A stretch of DNA of 64,000 nt from Podarcis filfolensis (lineage: Eukaryota). Positions 25,701-55,043 of this stretch are shown here, one piece after another. A program made the position numbers and the translations under genes. The notes under the pieces are model-generated. The model was not told the DNA's origin and did no database searches. It saw nothing but the letters and a program-made list of their open reading frames with translations. Each line of letters begins with the position of its first letter. The first letter of the stretch is position 1. The DNA is taken from assembly GCA_964270895.1 (NCBI GenBank), contig OZ185437.1; one strand, written 5' to 3'.

Positions 25701-27055
25701 TTCAAACTGCCCAGCTGCATGGAGGACCGCCACATAGACGTACTTTCCAGAAGCCTCAACAGGAGGGCAATAATGCTGACATCATCCCCAAATCTCAGCA
25801 TCCACGACTACAGTGTTTTTAAGTCCTTCCAGTAGCACCTTAAAGACCAACTAAGTTAGTTCTTGGTATGAGCTTTCGTGTGCATGCACACTTCTTCAGA
25901 TCCACTGAAACAGAAGTTGCCAGATCCTTCTATATAGTGAGAAGGTGGGGAGGGGTATTAGTGTTTTTAAGGTTTGGGATCTGGCAGCTTTTGGACCAGC
26001 AAGGAAAAAATGCCCCGAGCGGTCTCCAGCACTGCATCTTCCATTACCTTCAGGCGCTCGTAGTAACTGCCGGTGCCCAGCACTTCGACGCAGGAGAAGC
26101 ACGCTTCACTCTTTATTGCTGTTACCAAGATGTCCCTGACATCGTTAACCAGCTGCGCGGCCTTGGAGCGCTCCTCTTTAGCTAGCCTGAGCTTCTCCAG
26201 CACCTGCCTCAAGCTGCGTTTGCCCCTCGGGCCAGGCTCCTTGAGAAGCAGCTTCCCTCGGGCGCCGGCTTCCTTCCCCGCCTTCTCCTGCTCTCTCTTT
26301 CGGGAATCTCTCCTCCCTGCGGAGGCGCTTTCTTTGCCTGGCTGGCCGACTTCTTCCTTCTCCTTGGGGAGAGGCTTCGCCTTCTGGGAAGCGACCCGCT
26401 TGTTGGGGGCAACTACTGCGCTTCCTCGCGGGGCGGGCTCTAGTTTTACCAGAGCACACATAGCCTGCTCGGCTTCCCCCGCCTTTTGCGCGCCCTTTTC
26501 CTTCCGGGAAGCTTTCTTTCCACTCGGGGCAGCAGCGCCGTTTGCTGCTTCGGCTTCGGGCCGTTCCACTGCCGAGATAGTGTATTTTTCCAGCGCCTGC
26601 GTCAGGCTTGTGATGCCGCTCGCGCCAGGCTCCTTGGGAGCAAATGTGCTCTTCAGTTTCCTCCGGGCCCCCCCTACGGTTTTCCCCTGGTCTGGCGGCT
26701 CCTTCTGGGAGCCTTTCTTCCCACTTTGGGCAGCAGCGCCGTTCGCTGCCTGCAGGGGTTCCTCGGCGTCGGCGCGCTCGCCTGCACCGAGCGTGAGCTT
26801 TGCCAGCGCTTGCCACAAGCCAGGCTCCTCGGGAGCAAGTTTGCTCTTAGCTTGGTCCGGCTCCTTCTTCTTCTGGGACGTTTTCCTCCCACTTGAGGCA
26901 GCAACTCCTTTCGCCGCCTGCTGCGATGCCCGGTCTCCCTCGTCGCCCCGTCTGCCCTTCCCTCGCCCTTTGGATCCCGCAGTGCCTCCGTCCCCTTTCG
27001 CTGCCGGGGCCGCCTCGCCCTTCCTCGCGCCTCTCCCGGCTCCACCGCGCCCCAT
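16420..27055 (-). CDS. CGAS: Cyclic GMP-AMP synthase (cGAS/MB21D1), 5 exons, 646 aa
   Basis: complement(join(16420..16762,23065..23167,23797..24051,25033..25264,26048..27055)) = 1941 nt. Contains the NTase motif GSYYE..KIS.PNEFD, catalytic D in [25 protein letters not shown] and the zinc thumb [16 protein letters not shown]. Confidence 0.96.
17281..19810 (+). mobile_element. 5'-truncated L1-clade LINE (ORF2, frameshifted), antisense in cGAS intron 4
   Basis: GKS.GPDG, W..A.VTLIPK, DQAGF, D.KKAFD, G.RQGCPL, KYLG, C-terminal WW.C; AATAAA plus A-rich tail; 18-bp TSD AAAAGTGG(T/G)TCCTGATTG at a TT|AAAA site. Confidence 0.88.
20130..22035 (-). mobile_element. 5'-truncated RTE-X-like non-LTR retrotransposon, open 601-codon RT plus Cys/His C-terminus
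   Basis: [44 protein letters not shown]-terminal [13 protein letters not shown]; AATAAA plus (CTTGAA) tail; perfect 14-bp TSD TCTCTCTGCCCATC (20116-20129, 22036-22049). Clade assignment is from motifs only. Confidence 0.82.
22238..22821. mobile_element. hAT (Charlie-like) non-autonomous element in cGAS intron 4
   Basis: TIR CAGAGGTCGGCAAACT / AGTTTGCCGACCCATG; flanks CACTAGAC/TGTTAGAC. Confidence 0.75.
23065..23167 (-). CDS. CGAS: cGAS exon 4 ([33 protein letters not shown]; zinc thumb)
   Basis: Not in the ORF track; read by hand; ttag / gttagt. Confidence 0.95.
23797..24051 (-). CDS. CGAS: cGAS exon 3 ([19 protein letters not shown]...SVDIILALE...YLVPK...KCLI)
   Basis: aacag / gtacta; third catalytic Asp. 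Confidence 0.95.
25033..25264 (-). CDS. CGAS: cGAS exon 2 ([11 protein letters not shown]...VKLKRNPG...EEVKKNK)
   Basis: tgcag / gtaagt; catalytic E-x-D. Confidence 0.95.
25824..25959 (-). mobile_element. Penelope-like element 3' end in cGAS intron 1
   Basis: Identical to the 6090 copy over >70 nt; 12-bp TSD AGTGTTTTTAAG (25812-25823, 25960-25971). Confidence 0.82.
25866..25903 (-). ncRNA. Minimal type I hammerhead ribozyme motif, sense in cGAS intron 1
   Basis: GGAU-CUGAAGAA-GUGUG/CAUG/CACAC-GAA-AGCUC-AUAC; core intact, one stem I mismatch. Confidence 0.75.
26048..27055 (-). CDS. CGAS: cGAS exon 1 (336 aa: long basic N-terminus, spine helix, GSYYE)
   Basis: Strong Kozak GCGCCATGG at 27055; AAG|gtaatg donor. 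Confidence 0.9.
26180..26920 (-). repeat. Degenerate in-frame ~195-nt (65-aa) tandem repeat within cGAS exon 1
   Basis: Anchor GCCAGGCTC/GGCGGGCTC at 26231, 26432, 26624, 26819 (spacings 201/192/195); second anchor GGCAGCA at 26528, 26729, 26897. Confidence 0.75.
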
Positions 27056-27169
27056 GGCGCCAGAAAAAGATGTCCTCGCTGCGGAGCTCAGCGTCTCCTG
27101 TGTCGGCGCCCCGCGCCCGCCCCGCCACATATGAACCTGCTAGCCACGTGAACGGCCGCATCCTGAAGG

Positions 27170-27181
27170 AGAAACGAAACT
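27170..27181 (-). promoter_or_regulatory. ISRE (AGTTTCGTTTCT, Mx-type) in the cGAS promoter, with E-box CACGTG at 27145-27150 and GC boxes at ~27109-27126
   Basis: Exact motif 115-126 bp upstream of the ATG, within a CpG island. Confidence 0.65.
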
Positions 27182-27419
27182 TATCGGCTGCGGGGAGCGT
27201 GTCTGAACCAGCTTGCTCCCTCCCTCCCCGTCTTCCTTATTTTGGGTTGCCCAGTCAAGTCAGGGGATGGAGCAAGTCCCCTTTGAGGAAGTACGAGGGC
27301 AGTTTAGAGAAAAGGCGAGCGAGACGCAGCATGAGAGAAGTTTATACAGTAGGCATGCGAGACATGGAGACAGTGGCTAGAGGAAAGTCCCCGCTGCAGC
27401 CTCCCTCATAGCATTAGAG

Positions 27420-27890
27420 CTGGCAGGCATTCAATGAAGTTGAAGGTGGGGACATTCAAAGCAGGCAAAGCAAAGTACACCTCCATGCAAGGCACAGCTA
27501 AACTATGGAATTCCTTCCCCCAGGAACCAGTGAAGGCCACCAACCTAAGTAGCTTTAAAAGAGGAATAGGCAAAGGGCCCATCCACATTTTCATTTGCAG
27601 TAAACAGCAGGTTTTCTTGGTGAAAGCTGTGGGACAAAAAATAAGCCCCTTGATCCTGTGGCCAGAAATCATGGCACAAAGGAAAGTGTGGATGGGCGCA
27701 GCCAGGGTTTTTGTTAGGGGGGGCAGAACCTCATGTTTGTATTGATCTAGGGGGGATAGCTGCCCCCCTGGGCTATGCCCATGGATGGGCAGAAATTCAT
27801 GGAATAGCAGGCTACTGCTGGCTACTAGCCACTATCAGACTTGATGCTTCTGAATACCAGAGGCTGGAAACAAAAGGATGGGAGAGAGCA
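27420..27890 (+). mobile_element. CR1 LINE 3' end (interrupted)
   Basis: KL.VG.F...K.KY...Q...KLWNS.PQE.V.AT.L..FKRG peptide; CR1-like 3'UTR; ends approximate. Confidence 0.65.
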
Positions 27891-27916
27891 CAGGAACTAT
27901 TTTTTTATATACATAT

Positions 27917-28250
27917 CGGGTGGCACTGTGGGTTAAACCACTTGCCAATCAGAAGGTCAGCGGTTCGAATCCCCACAACGGGGTGAGCTACCGTTGCTCG
28001 GTCCCTGCTCCTGCCAACCCAGCAGTTCAAAAGCATGTCAAAGTGCAAGTAGATAAATAGGTACCGCTCCGGCGGGAAGGTAAACGGCGTTTACGTGCAC
28101 TACTCTGGTTTGCCAGAAGCAGCTTAGTCATGCTGGCCACATGACCCGGAAACTGTGCTCCCTCAGCCAATAAAGCGAGATGAGCGCCGCAACCCCAGAG
28201 TCGGTCACGACTGGACCTAATGGTCAGGGGTCCCCTTTACCTTTACCTTA
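27917..28250 (+). mobile_element. Sauria SINE
   Basis: Core plus ACCTTT tail. Confidence 0.88.
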
Positions 28251-29729
28251 CAGTATTAGCTTAGGTCTACCCATATCTCCCTGACTGGGGAACTGTTCCC
28301 CTCAGGATCCAAAATAATCTCTGATCAAAACTGTTTTGCACAATTACAGATAGAGAACTTTGACCTGCAGCCCACAACAAGCTTTGAGATGAGATAATTG
28401 AACTGATCTGGCCTAACGCTTGTTGCAGAATATTTAACCAAGATGCTAATAGCCAAAATATGTAGGAAGCAGTGGCAGCTGCTCCCCATTGGAACTGGTG
28501 GGGCAGAAAGCCAAGTGTCTTATGTCCAAAGCGAGCTAAGGCCAGATCCTCTTTTTCTCTATGCATTTTGGCCAGTCTTACTTTTCTAGAAAAAGGTGCT
28601 GGAATCCAACATGAACACCTCCCTTATTCTCTTAGATTGGCAATGGTATCCACCAGAGGTGTGCCGGAACTGAGTTCCAACAAGTTCTGGCTGGGGGAAA
28701 CACTCTGAATTTTTGGCTATTGACATAGGTACATACCCTTGATGGTGTCTTGCATTCAGAGAGCTGGACCAAATGCAATTCAGGCCCATCTCATAGAGGG
28801 CACTTTCCCAGAGGTGTGGGTATTATCATTTGGGGTGACCCAAACTGTACTGTGGGTTACACACACCCAGTTCCTTTTTCTGTAATTGTCCTCTGGAGAT
28901 AATGTACATTCATGAATGGCCCACAAAAACAACAGGTTTTGATTGTTTAAACTGCTGCTCTTGAAGGAAGAATCTCCACCCAGATCATGGAAACATATGA
29001 GATGAGGCCATTTCGGGTTTAGGGGCATGTGGGGTTCTTTTTAAGATTTCTGACTTAGGTGTGTTTCTAGCTTTTGTGCAAATAAGGATCTGGGAACTAG
29101 TAATCAACTTTAGCTTGCTGTGCCAGCAACAGTGAGGTAATCTAGACTCACAGCAATAGTTCATGCTTGAATTTGCCCACTGTCAAACTTAGATTTCAAA
29201 AGAAAATAAATCAAGTTTATTTTCCCTGACACGGATTCTTCTCCAATGACAGCATGGGGCTGGGTTAAAAATAATTTGGTTTGCACAATTTATCTCATCC
29301 TTTTACTCAACAGAAAACCTGCTCATGTAATTTTTTTTTGTACTAAAAGCAACAACACTGGTATTACCACTCTTACTTGTTTAGTCATGGCATGCAGGTG
29401 GCACTTTTCTCATAAATGAATCCGCTTGCTGGGAAACGCTCTGCTTACTGAATGTTGAACCAGGTGCGTAAAAGCATTTCTGTACTTTTCAATTTGCTTT
29501 GAACAGGAACAATGAACAACTTCAACAAGAAGCTTCCCATTTTTATATTGCTGCATAGAGAAAAATCTGCACATGGGAAATTCCTGCCTATCACACAGGT
29601 ACTGGATAGGAAAAAAGATGGCGGCACATTTCCTTCCTGTTTCTGATGTCTGTGTGCAGGAAAGAGAGGACAATTGCGTTGTTTTTTTCTAGTGCAGTAC
29701 AGGAAATAAGAGCACATCACTATTGCATG

Positions 29730-29801
29730 GATGAGCGACGCAACCCCGTGGTCGGCCATGACTGGACCTAATGGTCAGGGGTCCCTTTACCTTTACCTTT
29801 T
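29730..29801 (+). mobile_element. Sauria SINE 3' fragment
   Basis: gatgagcg...ctggacctaatggtcaggggtccctttacctttacc. Confidence 0.8.
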
Positions 29802-30979
29802 ATGTCTATACATACTTAGTCCTTCACCCATATCTTATCCCTACAAGTTGGAAAGTGGGTAGAGGCAGTTTTTAGTGGATAGGCAGATGGCAGAGAAAGA
29901 GTTAAGTAACCCTTTCCCCCTTCCTCTGCACCTAGATTTTAGCCTATCAGGAACTTTTCCTATGATGAAACAGAAACACTTAATGAGACCTAAAGTAGTT
30001 TGTTCCATAGTGGGGAAGGAGCATGTGCAGCAGTTTCCCTTGCAGAGATGACCATGGTCACACACACATCATAGATTTAAGTTGCATGGCTTCCTGCAAA
30101 AAAATCCCAGGAATTAATTAACAGTGCTGAGAACTGTGGCTCTGTGGAAGGCAAACTACACTTCCCATAATTCTTTGGAGGAAGCCATGTGCTTTAGATG
30201 AGAACGTGACCCACGCTGACAGTTTTTGCTGGCTACTTGCAGCAGCTCACCCATTGGATAAAGCTTTCCTACAATTCAATGTTTTGGCGTCTGATTTTAC
30301 AGGGATGGAATATCCATGCGTTTAAATGCGGTTTCCACTTCTGGCAAAGTTCCTATGACTCGTAGCTGCATGTTGGACTGAGAGTCCCCAATACAGTAAT
30401 AGCTTTTGCATCAGGGTGTCACGGTGACAGGAGAAAAACTTGCAGCCCCCACACAGCTGCATGTACCCGCCTCCACTGTGGCACACCATCAAGGAGCATC
30501 CAAAGATGCCGACAGCTGCATCAGTTCAAAGAGCAACAGAAAGCGCTGCAATCCAGAAAAGAAAAGTTGCTGTGTTCTTGCCCCCCGGGAAACCCTGCTG
30601 TAAAAAACAAAACCATGAACAGATGCATGCCGCCCTCTCTGCCAGCAACAGCCTGCCGCTCGGTGAGCGAGAAGACCTCTTCACGAGCGCACTTTCAGCG
30701 TCGTATTTTGAATAAAAGGCCGGCGGCGAACGGCGCGCTCCCTTCGAAAGAGCCTCCCACCGCGACTCCTGCCGGTCGATCCTTCCAGTCCAGTTGCAGG
30801 CGCGCATGCGGGAAGCGCCCCGATCCTTGCGCAGCGGGTGGAGCCGGCCGTCTCGATGTCACGGGGCAAGATGGCGGCGCCCTTGCGTGGCGCGGAGTAG
30901 TCGGTGCGCGTCCCGCGCTCCTTCCCGCCGCCGCGCCGACCTGAAGGAGCTTCGGCGGGTCTTTCTGTCCGGCCTCGGG

Positions 30980-47055
<16,076 letters not shown>

Positions 47056-47149
47056 ACAGTGCTTACTGAGCAAAACCCATTGAACTGTTTGTGTTCCTGC
47101 AGCCTGTGGTTATCCGGTCATTCACATACCATGTATGTAATTGCTATCC

Positions 47150-47155
47150 AATAAA
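47150..47155 (+). terminator. MTO1 polyA signal AATAAA
   Basis: 95 nt after the stop codon. Confidence 0.6.
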
Positions 47156-47952
47156 TAGACAAGAGCTACCAGAGTGATGTCATCTTACACACAAAGGATG
47201 ATCCAGTGAATAATTAGTCCAAAAAGCTGAAAAACTTCCAGAACACCGCAAAGGCACCACTAGCCAGAAAAAGTGGCAATGTCAGATCAGGTGTTGAAGA
47301 AAACTTTTAACAAAAGACTAGAGAAATCTGTTTCCTGCTTGCAATTTCTCGTCACTTCCTTTTCTGCTGCCTTTGCTGCCACCTATAGTACTGAAAAAAA
47401 TCTCATCTTAGTGCATATATTCCTCTTAAGCAAGGGAAAGATGTTAACAGGCTTCCTTTACTTGAAAGTAGTTGAAACACTTGCAGGTATGTTTTTATTT
47501 AAGCTTATGCTCAAATCCAAATTTGTTTTCAGACATAAAATGTATCAGTAGGTTAGAATCAGGACCTTGTTCTCAATAAGGCTCTGTTAGGTGTTGCTAT
47601 GGTGGGAATATAGTCTTTACCTGCTGTTTATGGAGTGGAAGAACACACTTACACCCAGAATAGATGGAGCACTGAACTGAGGTCTATGGTTTATAAATCC
47701 AGTCAATACAGCTGGGAATTATTTCTGAGTCAACCCAACTAGAGGCTTGCGCTCTCAAGATTTAGGCAGTGCGCAGTACAAGTATAGGGGTTTGATGCTT
47801 GGGAGTCTACAAGTTCAAAAAGCACATGATGCCTGGAACCAGTCCCCTGACAAGGTAGTGGGCTGTTTACCCAGCCTTGGGAAGGTGGTGAGAGGGCTCT
47901 GGGACACCCAAGAGTTATGAAAGACAGCTACTGGAAATTAGTAGACCACATT

Positions 47953-48259
47953 GGGACACAGGTGACGTTGTGGGTTAAACAAGCCTAGGGCTTGCAGATC
48001 AGCAGGTCGGTACCAGTTCCTGCCAACCTTGCAGCTCGAAAGTACGCCAAAAAAGTGCAAGTAGATAAATAGGTTACGCTCTGGAGGGAAGGTAAACAGC
48101 GTTTCCGTGCGCTGCTCTGGTTCACCAGAAGCGGCTTAGTCATGCTGGCCACATGACCCGGAAGCTGTATGCCGGCTCCCTCAGCCAGTAAAGCGAGATG
48201 AGCGCCGCAACCCCCGAGTCGTCTGCAACTGGACCTAATAGTAAGGGGTCCCTTTACCT
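47953..48259 (+). mobile_element. Sauria SINE (internally deleted)
   Basis: Core, tail, TAGACCAC flanking repeat. Confidence 0.85.
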
Positions 48260-50596
48260 TAGACCACGTTAACTATGCTATATACTTCGATACAACTAAC
48301 ACAAACACGTCTGTGCTACACAGAAAAGCTATCCTACCTAGAAAAAAGAGCCATAGAGGTAAAGTAATTCTAGACTCAAATTTATTGAAGATAAAAACTA
48401 AAAGTCCAAGTGTTTGCTTACAAAATTTAGTTTTTTCATTAACCCAACATAAGTAAACTATCACATATGCATTGGAAAGCAAACTAACCTATTGGAAGTG
48501 AATTGTCAGACATGTATCAAAATGTCCACGTTGCTATGCGTTGGGTTTAATAATAAAGGCAGTGTTTAGCATTGGCAGCTATTAGCTCTAAGACACAGAA
48601 TACACAGAACCACCATGGTCATTTTGCAATGGCAAAACTAGCCCTCTACATCAAAGTGTAATGATGGCCAGTTTAAGCACTTTAGAATCAAATTTACTCT
48701 CAGCCTTGAGTCTCTTGCAACCTCTGTCCGAATGCCTTTACTATCTTTATCCAGTTGTCCTATAGGAGCATATTGCTTTAGCACACATAGTAGCTGCCTG
48801 ACTACAATGTGCAATTTAGGATCCTTATTTGTTAAGTGTTCCTATTCCATATAAGACCCATTTTAGGCAAAACTATAAATTGCAAAGAAAGGTAACTGGA
48901 GAGATAGCACCCATTAACTCTTATCTGCTTATTTAAGGCAAAATTCATGTGCATCAGTCCTTAAAAATGCCAACTCCAACGCCCATTAACAAGGTACCAC
49001 GCTGCTTTTTCAAGCTTAAATTTTCAGCTGCTAGGGCAAAGGGGTTTTGAGGCTGGAAAGGGAAAAACCCAATAGACCACTTTGCATGAACATCCAGGGA
49101 ATTTTCCTGCAGGCCAGAGTTTGTAACTTCAAGAGCCGAAAGCCTTAATGACATTTTGCCATTATTATTTTCAATACCCACGACTCATTAAAATCTTTTA
49201 AAGTTACACTTGGTAAAATATCATTTGGTCAGACTCTAGATGAAATGAATAAGGGCAATGATCCAGTTAGTTCAACTTAAAGGTCCAGTTGATTTCAATA
49301 GGCATAAAGCACATGGCACAACTTCTACACCTTGAATTCAGTTTTATAAATGTCTTAACTTTTGTTAGAATGCACCCTAAAATTGCTGGTAGAATTTTAA
49401 ATCTGGAGTATTTGTGATAGCTACCAAAAGCAGGACCCAAATATCCATTACTCCAATCCATCAGAGCTGAAGCTAAGAGAATATGAAGTTTAACTACAGA
49501 AAAGCAAGGCCATTTAATTTGGATGCCACACCCCATGCCTCAAATTTACTGGAGGTGGAAAAACTAAGAACAAGTTATTTGTATAACAAGGACTACTTTT
49601 AATAATAGAATTTGATCACCTTCGATGCTGTCAAGTCAACCAACATAAGCTATAGTATAGTGTAATATTTACCACTGTGTCCAGTGTTCCTCAGAAAACA
49701 GGACAACTCAAACTAAAGCTATCTGAAGCTAGAACTGCTAGTTGAACACTTTTTAAATGTCCAATTTTGGCCCCTTTGTAGCAAGGCTCTCAATCATACT
49801 CGTTTGGCACAGCACCTAGAATCTGGTTGTTGGTGTTGATCTATGCTGTGTACTGGAAGCTGGTTTTACACAAGGAATCACAAAGGGGTGGAGAGCATGC
49901 TGTTTTCACACGAATTATTAATTCATGATCTATTTTTGGAAAAGGTTTACCAATTTCATGATCTTAAATGACTAGCCTGAGGATCAAGTAAAAATCTAGC
50001 CTCTCATTTCATAGCCTACTACAATTCTTAAGTTAGCAGCAAAATACTATTGAGAAAACCTTAGTGACTTCAGTCATGTTAATCCATAACATTCCAATTT
50101 ACATTACAAATATTCTACCAGAAGCAAAGCTTCCAACTTGTGTGGTAAGGTAAGAACGCAAAGCTTTAATCAAACCAGCAACAGTTAAAAGTAGTCACTG
50201 AAACTTCAAAGCTTAACACTAACATCTTGGAACAGAAGAAACCAGCTACCAACTATGTGTGCTTTGCTTAAATAAGAAAATGACAGATTTCAAACATGTA
50301 ATCCTAAAAATTTAGTAGGATTAAGCATGCCAAAACACTGCAGAAAATTTAGCTACTCAACTCCTTGATCCCAGCTCAATTCTGGGTGAATATTGGCAAA
50401 GATAAGAAGTTCAGAAGGCTTTTTCCACCCTAGCCTTTTGTGTGTTGCAATGTTTTAAAATATTAACATACCAGTATCAAGGATAAAGTAATTCCTTTTT
50501 ACCTTTGAACTTTGCAATAGGCCCAAGTCTATTACCAAGTATCCAAAGTGTAACTATTAGCCCCAAAGAACACAGAGACTTTGCATTAAACTTTGT

Positions 50597-50602
50597 TTTA
50601 AT
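50597..50602 (-). terminator. EEF1A1 polyA signal ATTAAA
   Basis: TTTAAT on plus, at the end of a 3'UTR resembling the mammalian one; GU-rich tract downstream. Confidence 0.7.
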
Positions 50603-50858
50603 GGTCTCAAAATTTGTGACAGATTTTGGTCAAGTTGTTTCCATTTAAAAAAGGTTACTGATTTTAAAAACTAATAACTTAAGAACTGCCACGAAACAAA
50701 TGGTCCACAAACATTCCTTTCCTTCTGAAGCTTTTACGATGCATTGTAATCATTAACCAGTCTTTTACTATTAAACTTAAATGGCCAATTGAGACAAACA
50801 GTTCTGAGACCATGCTTCCACCACTGATTAAGACTGGGGTGGCAGATGTACAGAATTT

Positions 50859-53710
<2,852 letters not shown>

Positions 53711-54980
53711 TTAGTAGATGGTTCTCTTGCTCTTCAGATAAAGCACCTTGGAGGTGTGGAGGGAAAGAGGAATGTAAAAAACCACCACTAGCTTTTATAA
53801 AAAGAAATTGCAGTTAAAGCAGAACCCCCTAGTGGAGAGGAGCGTTAACAACACGAGTAGAAGACGCCATGCGGGCTGGCCGTCCAAGGCCGGTTATCTG
53901 CTCTCTTTGATTGAAGGGATCGAGGCCGAAACTAGGCCCAAGCCAGCTCCACCCACCGCGGGAGGGCGCGTGAGAAGGGGACGGCGACCACGACGAGGCT
54001 AACTTGGGCTAGAATTCCCCTCATAAACTGTTCTCAAGACCCTACTGCGTCGTGGCCATTACAGGATATAAGGAAAGAAGGAGGTTTTTTTAGGCGGGGG
54101 AGAGAAGGGCGGCTCCCGCTCCTTTGTGTCGTAAGCCAAGCGAGCACGAGCCCGGGTTGGGTCGGGGAGGGGGATGAGTAAGGAAGAGCGAAGCGTGCCG
54201 AAGGTTCGCGTATTGGGGGGGGGCGGCGGGAGGGGGGTGTCCGGTGAGGAGCGGTAGTTGAGCCACTCGTTGGCTGGCACGCGCGCCCCGCCCGCCCTCC
54301 ATTTTGTGACGGCAGCAGCGGCGGCGGCCATTTTTTCCCCTCTTCCTTCTAAGCGGAAAGCGGGGGAAAGGGCCGAGAAATGGGGCCTCTTGTAGGTAAC
54401 AAGAGAAGAGGATGGGCCGTCGTGTGTCACGGGGCCAGAACTAAAGCAAGAGTACAGTGGAAGAGGCCGCTATGGGAAAGCGGGGCTGTTTTTTAAAGAC
54501 AATCATGGGGGCACACCTGCCACGACCGCAGCCGGCGCCCCCATCCCGCCCCACCGAGGATGCCGCGTTTCTCCCCGAAGGGAACACGACACGTGTCTTC
54601 GGAACCCTCCCTCCTTCCTTCATTGGCACACTGAGGAGAACGGATGCTCCTCTCGGACTCCCCTCCCCCACCCCACACGAGACACACAATCCCCCCCATT
54701 CCGCACACACCGGGGCATTGTTATTTTTTGAGGGGGGCGGACTCAGGGGTGGAGGAACCCATTTGGGTCGCGGCCAAGGCAACTGGGCATGCGCATGCAC
54801 ACTTCCCCACCATCGCCCGCCCCCCGGCTTCAAACCGCCGCTGTCCCTCTCTCCCTCGGCCCCCCTACCAGTCGCCAGGAACGGCTCTTGGCCGTGCGAG
54901 GACCACGTGGGCTTCCCTCAGTCCCCGCCCCCCTCCCAGGCCTGGGCCTATGAACGCGGCCCGCCCGAAAGCCAGCTTAC

Positions 54981-55013
54981 CTCTGAAGCAGCGGCAAACC
55001 CGTAGCGAAAAAG
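54981..55013 (-). other. EEF1A1: EEF1A1 non-coding exon 1 with 5'TOP tract (CTTTTTCGCTACGGGTTTGCCGC...AGAG|gtaagc)
   Basis: Near-identical to human exon 1 as recalled (CTTTTTCGCAACGGGTTTGCCGC); 30 nt below the TATA box. Confidence 0.88.
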
Positions 55014-55035
55014 GCAGAAGCCGAGAGCGGCGCCC

Positions 55036-55043
55036 TTTATATA
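55036..55043 (-). promoter_or_regulatory. EEF1A1 TATA box (TATATAAA)
   Basis: Canonical spacing to the TOP start. Confidence 0.9.

Noticed and set aside
27056-27130. Upstream in-frame ATG (MWRGG...) extending cGAS by 25 aa
   Set aside because: Lies among GC boxes and next to the E-box, so probably at or upstream of the TSS. ATG 27055 has the better Kozak context. Not excluded without 5'RACE.
26073-27134. 353-aa plus-strand ORF and other long ORFs overlapping cGAS exon 1
   Set aside because: Antisense or alternative-frame shadows of a GC-rich coding exon; no recognisable domain.
30794-30979. In-frame upstream ATG 30806 extending MTO1
   Set aside because: It is the ATG inside the NRF1-like motif, probably promoter DNA. 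ATG 30980 gives a normal-length Arg-rich presequence.
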